Shown one piece after another: positions 55,801 to 64,000 of a stretch of DNA of 64,000 nucleotides (positions are counted from its first letter, which is position 1; each line of letters opens with the position of its first letter). The notes below the pieces were generated by a model, which made no database searches, was not told the DNA's origin, and saw only the letters and a program-made list of their open reading frames with translations. The position numbers were made by a program, and so were the translations under genes. This stretch comes from Nageia nagi (taxonomy: Eukaryota > Plantae > Pinophyta): NCBI GenBank assembly GCA_050084985.1, contig JBITNC010000001.1, forward strand, positions 199,392,001 through 199,456,000, in the 5' to 3' direction.

Positions 55801-58800
55801 TGGCTGAAAACTAGATCTAAGACCCTCTCTATATGTGGGATTCCTACCATAAAAATTTCTCTCATTTCCACCTTACTGTGTGAGGTTTCCTAACTGCCCA
55901 TACTACTGTCCAAAACCTGTTTTCCTAGCTACAAAAGGTGGTCTAGCAGATGTGTTATATGCAACATATTTCTACCTAGGAGGCAAAACATATTCCAAGC
56001 TCAAAGCCCTCTTAATGGCATCCTCAAGAGTAACTGGCTCAAAAGCCTTAACTAGCCCTTTCAAGGGTTCCAATAAACCATTTATAAAAAGGAAAATTAC
56101 CCTCTTGGGTGAAATGTTTTGTACCTGAACTGAAAGTTACTCAAACTCCTCCACATAGGCATGAATGGATGAAGTTTGCTTCAAAGTGGCAAGCTCCTTA
56201 AAATACTCTTCCACATTCCTCCTTTCAAACCTATTCAAAACCCTAATGCAAAATTCATCAAATGTATCAATATCACCATGCCTTTGGGTTACTAACCCAT
56301 GATGCCACCGTGAGTAAGCACTACCCTCAAGGTGGAGTGTAGCAATCTGAACTGCATCAGCTTCAAAAATAGTCTCCAAGGTAAAATAAGTTTCCAATTT
56401 TTGAAGCCATGCCTTAGCTATGAGACCATCTTGACCATTAAATGAGGGAATGGTCACCTTTTGATGCAATAAAGGTTTTTTTTTTCCTTTTTTAGCCTCA
56501 ACAATAGATTTACCCACTATTTTCAAATATTTATCAAAAGAAACTGCTGCTCTAAAACCTTTAGATTTATTACTATAAGTAGCAAACCATTCATCTAATT
56601 CATCAGTTACCTCATCTTCCTCCATTGAAGGTGGTGGAACAAGAAACATAGGCTTGGATGGCCTAGGCAAGGGAGTGTGTGAGTTAGATGATGACTCATG
56701 CCCATTGTTGTTGCCTCCCCTTTCTCCTTCCCTCCTTGTACCATTTGGGTTGCCCAAAGCTGCTCTCAATTCTTGTTGATTTGTCTCTTGTAAGGACACC
56801 ATTCTTTGTAGCATGTCAAGTATGGCATCGAACTTTTGCTCAGCCCTATCAATTGGCCTTTGAGTTTCCTCATCCTCTTCCCTGTTTGCCATTTCCAAAG
56901 CAAGTATATTTCTCCTAGTAAAATACTGATGAATAGGGGGACAATGCATAAAACCCTATCAAATCCTAAAAAAATGAAATTTTGAAATACTGAAAATTCT
57001 TACCTTCAAATTTTTTTCTAGAAACCATAGATCTACAATTTGGCCAAAAGGGTATCCAAATCTGCAATTTTTATTTAAAAAAATCCCTAAAAATCCATGA
57101 ATCCTCTAAAAATCCGCAATTTTCACTAGGTCATAAATTTTCACCACAAAAAAACACTTTTCAACATGAATCTGAAATACCCACAAATTTCTGAAAGCCC
57201 TAATTTTTCTAAAAACCCTAATTCAAAAAACTCAAAAATTGAGATACCCACAACTGCCAAAACTCAAACAAATAGACACTGACCATAAGCTGGCAAGATT
57301 CTAGCTCTGATACCATTTGTGATGTTCCTTTTATATATTTTTTTTTAGCAAACCCCCAACATAAAAATGCAGAGATAAATTGCAACAATAAAACAACTCA
57401 AAAATTGCTCATAAAATAACACAAGTATGAGGAGAAATTAGCTAGTATCATATATTAAATATTGCTAAACCAAGACAATAGTTGGAATGGACAAATGGAG
57501 TCCCCAAGGAACTCAAAATGCAGATACAAACTCCTACAAGTGGGACAAATTGACCCCAAGGCTGAATTGATGCAAAAACTCCTCAAAAATGACCCCAAAT
57601 ACAAGCATAGGGTTTGGGGCTGCCAACAGGTCTGAAACACATGTCACAAAGGCTCCCAAAAATGCCACGAACCACTCACAGATGTTTTTTTTTGTATTTT
57701 TGATATTTTAGGGCAACAACACCTTCAATGATATTGCCAAAACCCCAACCATGCACCTCCAATGCACTATGGGAATGAGCAAGATCTGCAATCTCAACTC
57801 ATGGAAACTCTAGGGTTTCAATATTCAATTCTGATATCAATATAACATGCCCAAAATGGGATGCTTACTTCCTTTTATATGATGAGGTTCTAATTTGGAG
57901 TTGACATCTCCCAACCCTAAAATCACTTAAAGTGCCCTATTACAACATAAAACACAAATAAACACAACTCAAGTTATGTCTCATAGTCACATGAACCCCT
58001 TTTTTCACTTTTATAATTAAGTGTAGGAGACATTTACAAAATATTTATTTTTGGGACATTATAACACAAGTCTTGTCAATTCAAGATGTGACGTCCCATT
58101 TGGACCATTGAGAAAATGTGTCATGGTCACTTTGTAATCTAGTGTTTGTTTATGGTCATGTTGTACTTGTGTAACTCAAGCAAGAGCTTATGGTCTATGG
58201 ACCCCACTATGAGCCTTGAAATGGGACATCTCCCCTTGAGTAGTGATGTTGTGTTAAGTGTATGCGCAATCCTGGATTGTGGGAATCCTTGTAACATCCC
58301 CTTTTAGAAGATAGAGTTCGCCACATCTTTGAGAGTTGATATGATTGGTTCTTTGGATAAGGCATCTCGTGGGCAATGTTTTGATAGGTCACATGACATG
58401 GTTTCATCAAGGGACGAAGGATTTATGGGCTCTTGAAGTTCGCCAACCAAACCACTTTGTCACCGCCCATAGAAATCTATGAACAACGCTATATTGACCC
58501 CTTGAAATGTGACGTCCCACTCCTTGGGATGTGAGTATGTTGTGATGTGTATTCAATGCATGTAGCAATAGTAATGGGACCATTTGTCAAGGCTGTGATG
58601 CATGATTCCAAGGCGTTGCATATCTAGCCATTGGATCTGGTGATTACGGGTATCCCTAGGCAACATTGGAATAGAGAGGCATGCACATGATTCCTAGGTG
58701 AGATCTAGGAGAGACTATATATTGAGGATGAAGCTCCATGATAAGGTTAGATATTGATTATACTTCTTCTATACTAAACCCGATCGAGCATTCAAGTCTT

Positions 58801-61800
58801 GGCGGTGCTAAGCATTATTCCTAGATGGTGTCTAGACGAGTGACAGGGTTGGGAGCTTGGCATTCTATGACTTAGGTGGGTCACCTAGTCCATCCGATGG
58901 TATTTCAAGGGCAAGCTTCTACCTTCATTGGTCGCCAAGGTTTGTGGAGGCTCCTTTGCAGGAGAGGATTTGGAGTCCAAGGGAGTGAGTTTTTCCTATT
59001 GGTGTTCAGCTTGCTGAAAGGTTTGGAACCCTAGATCTGATCTATTGAGATCCTCATTGTATTCCATCATCATATCATAATATAATCCATATCATTGTGT
59101 CTCTCTCCATTGTGTGGTTCATTGTTGTGTATGTGTTGTGTATCTTGCATACTGGTGTTGGAAGCTTTATTGCATTCGTGGGTGTTCAAGCATTGCATAT
59201 TCATCTATGAGCCATTCGTTGAGGTGGCAAGTCTTGTTGTGTACCCTAGAGGGCTGACATTAGGGTGTAGGGGTTGTGTGGAGGCCTTGGGAGGCTCATG
59301 TCTGCATTGTAGTGTCCTTGGGTTCCCTAGGGGCCCAACGTGGGTGTGTTTGCTTCATTGGTTGAGGGTTTGAATATCGTAGTTGGAGTTGTTTTTGCTA
59401 AGGGTGATTTTGGAACAGCACACAAGAGGATCGATTTGAGGAAACAACAATAGGCATTGTTAAGTTGAGATTTAGTCCCTCATTTTCTCCCTAATGTTCT
59501 CTAAAAAGCAACCAATAAATCGATAATCTTGAGTACTAACAATAATCTTTAGTGAGTCATACAAATGTACAACCTCATTTAGAACAAGTCTGCAACTCTA
59601 CTATAATCATTTGTTTCCTACATGGAAGAAAGCCATTTTTTAGAATATGTCCACAACAACAAATGGAATCAATACCTCCTTGGGTACATGGCAGCCTAAA
59701 AAAATCCATTGAAATACGAGCCCAATATCTATTAATAGATGATTGGTATTGTTACAAACCTAGTATTTTGTTTCCCACCCTCAGCCAATTGGTAAGTCAT
59801 GCATGTACCAGCAAATTTGTTGATATCCTTCGTGTGGAGAGGGAAAGAAAAGTCTAACACATCACAAAAGAATAAGACCACAAAAAGGAACACCACTTAG
59901 TATGCTAATGTTAGAAGTTAGCTTGAATTGATGTGTGCCAAAACTTGATTATTTGTAAACAAAAGAAATTATTTGCAAGAGATGATGCCTCCAATATATT
60001 AATGCATGTATAATTGTCAAAAATTATTGGTTTCTTCATTTGGCTTCTCACTAAGTAAGCAACTAGTTTCTTTGCTTGACTTAATTCTCTACCTATAGTT
60101 ACAACTAAATCATTTGACTCAAGAATTAATATATTTTAAAAATATTGTAATGAAAAATTGGAACTCAAATATCATCCTTTTGATCATTTCAAAACTTCTT
60201 TTGATCCCATTGTCCATGTAAAATCTTTTCTCATCATGCATTTTGTCAAGGTGTACTTCTACTAGAAAAATTCATCAATCCTTGAGAAATCACACATATG
60301 AGACATTGAGTACCAGACCATTCAAGAATACTCCTCACCCTTTATTGATACATTCTCAATCTGTATGTAGAAATGACATCACCAAGGAAGAGTAGTCAAT
60401 CCTAGTAAAATTTGCTCTTCTCAATAATCAACCTTTTTGTCTAAAAAATGTCAAAATTTGCCTTCAAGTTTTTGATGTGATCCTTCACACAATTACTTAA
60501 AACTAAAATGTCATAATAAATAATATTGATGATCACAACTGGTAGCCCTTTGCCTTCACTCCTCTTGCCTTATACTGTCTCTTCTCCTTATTAGCCTCAT
60601 GCTACTCTGGATTTTGCTTGGTTGCCTTCTTTTTCAGCTTCTTCACCATGCTCGGCTATAAAACCCTTTTGAACCCTTGGTCCAATCTCTTAAAACAAAA
60701 TTGAAGATATTGTTGTGGATGATGGCCTACCCCTTTTAGAAACTTTTGATGGCCTCAAGCTTTGTATGTGAATCCCACAACAATTGATTGATCAGGCTAG
60801 TGACTGTGGAAATTGTAATTTGGTGGAGAAATTTTTTGGTGCTTGACCAAATCTTGATCAAGTTCAAATTTGGATTAAGCGGAAATGGGGCACAAAAGGT
60901 GATGTCGAGGTTATTGCTATGTCGATTAACTTTCTTACGTTTAGTTTCATTAACATTGAAGATCGTAATCACATTCATAGCAACAACCCTTGGTTTTTGT
61001 GGAAGAAGTGGTCTGTATCTTGACAGATGGTATCTCGGCTTCAATCTGGCTACAACCCAAATCATCATTGTTCCTTTATGGGGAAATCTCTTGAACCTTC
61101 TGTTGTTAAATTCATTGCTAAGGATTCGGTTACTAAGGCTCAATCTAGATTTTTGACGGCCTGCTTCTATGTGCAAGTTGAATTTGACAAGCACTTGCCA
61201 AAGCAAATCAAATTTTTTTTTGGTGGTGGAGTTGGATTCAACCAATTGGGTTTTGAGAGCAACAATTTTATTTGCCTCATTTGTGCTCATGCGAGCCATT
61301 TCACGAAAAATTGCCCATTAAATATGCCTGCAACCCCCAAAGCGAGCAAGCCAATTATGTCTTGAGGCCCAAACAACAAAATGAATATTCAGAGTCTTCC
61401 GTGAAAGTGAATTTGCCCAACTCGAAATAGAACAATTCAGAACCACAACCTGCATCTGAAGGTGAAAACTAGACAATCATGGCATGATGGAACCTTGCAA
61501 GGATGGTAGCAGGATGCCTTGGTAGCCTCTTAGGCTAACACCCCCTTGAGGATCCCAAATGACGATGTGGAAACTGATGAGGACCAATGGATGGAGGTCA
61601 AGGCCAAAAAGAAAAAGACTATCACTACTTGCTCGGCCAGAACAGTTGTAGCAATTCCCGAAACTCAAATCCTCCAAAAGGCAATACAAGTGATAGAATT
61701 TGATAGTGATAACTCATTCTTAAACTTGCACTTGCCCCATGAGGTGCGCACTAGAAGTATTAAGAAAATTGCAAATATTGGAAAGGAATCTATAGGTAGA

Positions 61801-63865
61801 GGTCGTGCAAGCAATGCCACCATGAGAACAAGGAATTCGATCAAGGACAGAAATCAAACCACCCTGGACAACTTCACCCCCAGCGTGAAAGTTGCCTCCA
61901 TCTCAGGCAAAAAAATGAAGATCCTCTTTTGATATAATAGCAGACCCAATGGCTTCAACCATCTATTGATAGATTTGTTGATACGTCTTTTTTGACATCG
62001 ACTGTTTAAAATGTTCAATATTATGTGAACAGGTTTCAGGATATTGCTCAAAAAAACCCTCTTTGTAAACAGGTTTTGGGTTCCTGTCCAAAAAAACCCT
62101 CTATTTATTTTACCATAAACAAAAATGATCACAATTTTTCCAATATGCTGTCCAATTACCTGGCTCATTGTGCAGTTGGAGCATTATACCAAATGCATCA
62201 ACATCCATTCATACAACCTATCTTTGTTTTATATATGGTTTTCTTTCATTTTTATCTCAAATTCTAAATTGATGGTATCCACTTCTGAGATCAATTCTGG
62301 ATAAGGCTCTAGCATCAACCATGCAATCCAATATGTCATCCATTCTTGGTAATGGGTACTTGCACTTTACTGTAATCTTTTTAATGTTCTTTGAATGTGC
62401 ACATAACTTCCATTTCCCACAATTTTTAAGTGAAAGAAGAGAAGGTACATAACAAGCACTTGTTCTTTCACTAATGATTTCTTTTCTTATAATTCAATAA
62501 ATTCGCTTCTTCATTTCTTTACGTTGAAATGAAGTTGATCGATAAGTGGCCAGTTAAATCAAATCAATTTGATGAGTTATAATTCAACATGAGGGAAAAC
62601 CAACTGGTAGTTGAATCAAATCTGAATACCTAGATAACAATTCTTGTACTTGTTGAGTAGCCGTTGATTTATGTTTTTCTTTCATATTTTCGGTACAACA
62701 GATAGCAGAATGAGTTACAGAACTTGTTTTTTGTTTTAAGTAAATGTTAGTCGAGCGCAGCCGTTGATGCTCTATGTTGTGTTAAAACTCTGATATTCAC
62801 ACATAGAATTCTTTCTGATATGTTGTTTTGTGAAGCTTTGAGTGAGAATAATCTACATCCCACCATGAATATTGAATGGGATTTTATTTACATTGTGTGG
62901 AATTCATCCCTTCTTGTGTCATCCTTTTCAATCTCCTACATTTGAAAATATCTCCCTAACTCCTTGACACAATCTCTGCTTTGAAATTTATAACTTTAGA
63001 TTCTTGTCTAGACATGCCTCAATCTATCTCTCCATAGGGTCTTCAAAGCGCATTGCACTTCTACTTCATCCTCTAGCTCCTTATGCTGAAATTTAGCCTT
63101 CAAAACTTCCAATATGCACAACAAATTGCTTCAAAGTTTCTCTGAATCCCAATATTTTGTCATCCTCATATCCCTCACTTTATGTTGACTTCTCTTTAGG
63201 CCATCTTGTTTTCTTTCTTGCTCTTTCCTTCAGTCCCTGCAAAAACAAATTGCTAAGGGAATAGTATGCTCTGACACCAATTTAATGCTGTCTGCACAAC
63301 AAAATATATTTGAAAACAATTAAAAATATGTGACAAAGAACTGAAGTCAAACTACGAAATTAGGAATGTTATTAGATAAAATCATAACTCTATAGATAAA
63401 TCAGTTCTTAAACCCTTCAAGCAAATTTCCGATATTGAAGTGTTAATATATATTTGTATTCTTACCATGGTCTATTATAGATATAGAAAATTTATGTAAA
63501 CTACAAATATCTCTTTCACATATTTGTTTGTTGTTTTATGGGTTCAGTAGCAGTGTGGCACTATACTTGGCTGGGAAACTAGTAAGAATTTTTTTTTATG
63601 GATTAACTAGATTACACATTATATAAGAAATTTTATTTTTTTGTTATTGTTCTAAAGTGTTGTATTTGGTTTAAGAGGGTCTCTATCTATCTATCTTTAT
63701 ATATATATATCATCCTTGAGTATCTTATGGTTAGACATATTATCCAAACAGGTGAGACATTTGTTTCCTTCAAGAGGCCTACGAAAGGCAATGGAAGACA
63801 AGTGCTTCAGTTTGGAGTTCCAATAGTTCATTCAAAAGGTCAGAGTACAAAAGGAACTCTAAAAG
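43402..63865 (+). CDS. ALKBH10B: ALKBH10-family m6A RNA demethylase (2OG-Fe(II) oxygenase), 5' partial gene; join(43402..43873,46312..46436,46594..46711,63752..63865)
   Basis: The spliced product gives the family motifs [63 protein letters not shown] and [33 protein letters not shown]. Exon phases are compatible (1,0,1). The exact paralog (10A/B/C) is not determinable. Confidence 0.9.
44357..44380 (+). CDS. Possible 24-nt micro-exon ((G)SSAEGNI)
   Basis: CTGAC branch-like site at 44331, GCAG acceptor, TTG|GTAGTC donor, phase-neutral. Polypyrimidine tract is weak. Confidence 0.35.
44540..45790 (+). mobile_element. LINE (L1) ORF2 3' fragment (zf-RVT and RNase H-like), intronic
   Basis: [17 protein letters not shown] (~44828-44880), [14 protein letters not shown]-like (~45122-45165), VKINFDG (~45343-45363), [12 protein letters not shown] (~45671). 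Confidence 0.8.
46312..46436 (+). CDS. ALKBH10B: ALKBH10-like exon
   Basis: TTTCAG| acceptor; encodes ..[16 protein letters not shown]; donor TTG|GTAAGA. Confidence 0.9.
46594..46711 (+). CDS. ALKBH10B: ALKBH10-like exon (GC donor)
   Basis: TACCAG| acceptor; encodes [39 protein letters not shown]; donor GAG|GCAAGT. Confidence 0.9.
47770..47842 (-). mobile_element. tRNA-derived (SINE-head-like) cassette, copy 1
   Basis: Minus strand GGTCTGG TAGCATGGTGGTAGAGCG...AGGCCCGAATCCTAGCCGGTCCA: A-box-like, degenerate B-box, and pairing termini. Confidence 0.55.
48660..49523 (-). mobile_element. tRNA-derived cassette, copy 2, split by solo LTR
   Basis: After LTR removal, minus strand reads GGCTGGTAGCATACTGG..CTAGATTTGAATCCTAGTTGATCCA. 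Flanked by direct repeat TTGTTAGAATA. Downstream flank resembles 47850-47960. Confidence 0.55.
48704..49488. mobile_element. Solo LTR (785 bp)
   Basis: TGTATTATTCC...GGAAAATTACA termini with exact 5-bp TSD GGATT (48699-48703, 49489-49493). Confidence 0.9.
49780..49935. repeat. ~39-bp tandem repeat, 4 copies
   Basis: AGATAT.TYTYTCATCTT.YAG(C)AGAAG.AATCCTAA units. Confidence 0.8.
50177..51270 (+). mobile_element. Truncated Ty1/copia: 5' LTR, PBS and gag start
   Basis: TGTTAGAA start (50177) to TTCA (51047); PBS AGGTATCAGAGC (51050-51061); [25 protein letters not shown] from 51162. Confidence 0.8.
51603..52337 (-). repeat. 3' LTR of chromovirus
   Basis: Colinear with 57318-58063, with scattered substitutions and small indels. 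Confidence 0.95.
52319..56949 (-). pseudogene. Chromovirus gag-pol, fragmented by stops and frameshifts
   Basis: Gag ORF 56137-56949; [31 protein letters not shown] (54576-55379); RH ACDAS; [16 protein letters not shown]; chromodomain [17 protein letters not shown] (52319-52675). Confidence 0.95.
57318..58063 (-). repeat. 5' LTR of chromovirus
   Basis: Adjacent to PBS; matches 51603-52337. Confidence 0.95.
59440..63250 (-). mobile_element. Old Ty3/gypsy (CRM-like) pol remnant, split by a LINE
   Basis: Minus strand: [25 protein letters not shown] (~62270-62360); integrase [28 protein letters not shown] (~59620-59830); RH-like region 60170-60520. Confidence 0.7.
60540..61935 (+). mobile_element. 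LINE (L1) 5' part: ORF1 remnant and first codons of ORF2
   Basis: DUF4283-like [26 protein letters not shown] / GLYLDRW; zinc knuckle [15 protein letters not shown]; ORF2-like start MKILF* at 61915. Confidence 0.8.
63752..63865 (+). CDS. ALKBH10B: ALKBH10-like exon (donor after 63838 or after 63865)
   Basis: AAACAG| acceptor; encodes (G)[28 protein letters not shown]; candidate donors AAG|GTCAGA and AAG|GTGATA, both phase 1. Confidence 0.88.
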
Positions 63866-64000
63866 GTGATATACATTTTTCCTGTTGTAAATTTATGGCT
63901 TTTGTCCTTTAATAAACTTAACCTACTTCAAATTTTCTTTGAACTCCATAAAGATGCAATTATGCATTATTTTATTTCATGGAAATAAAAGGGACATGAT

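Larger units (their letters stand above)
51603..58063 (-). mobile_element. Full-length Ty3/gypsy chromovirus (Reina-like), inactivated
   Basis: LTRs 51603-52337 and 57318-58063; exact TSD ACACA; PBS (minus TGGTATCAGAGC) 57304-57315; PPT (minus GAGGAGGGTGGACT) ~52338-52351; gag, PR (LIDGSAT), RT, RH, INT and chromodomain. Confidence 0.97.
51280..59420. mobile_element. LTR-like host sequence interrupted by the chromovirus (51280-51602 plus 58064-59420)
   Basis: Non-coding, LTR-like composition, ends ..GATTTTGGAACAGCA. Left boundary uncertain. Confidence 0.35.

Noticed and set aside
60736-61299. 187-aa minus-strand ORF
   Set aside because: Antisense of the LINE ORF1 remnant.
63727-63751. ATG start of the 61-aa ORF as a separate gene
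   Set aside because: Homology begins at the AG acceptor (63751); it is an internal ALKBH10-like exon.

Overview
AT-rich land-plant nuclear DNA, probably gymnosperm/conifer (inferred from the huge TE-filled introns and the PPR motif style). Bases 1-42 kb are intergenic, nested, heavily C-to-T-decayed transposons. They include a near-full Ty1/copia (370-8179) and a second copia split by a 9-kb pol-less Tat/Ogre-type LTR element (16723-25694) that carries an antisense, intron-containing Plant Mobile Domain gene. They also include a 13.1-kb CACTA-type element (28314-41409; TIRs plus TTA TSD) packed with shuffled PLS-class PPR fragments, among them an in-frame 111-bp tandem array of the PPR S2/E motif. 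From 43402 the + strand carries the 5' part of an ALKBH10-family m6A RNA demethylase gene (exons 43402-43873, 46312-46436, 46594-46711, 63752-~63865), which runs off the window. Its 17-kb third intron needs a GC donor and holds a complete chromovirus, a solo LTR, tRNA-like SINE cassettes, and copia, CRM-like and LINE remnants. All calls are manual reading and motif recognition; no database search was run.
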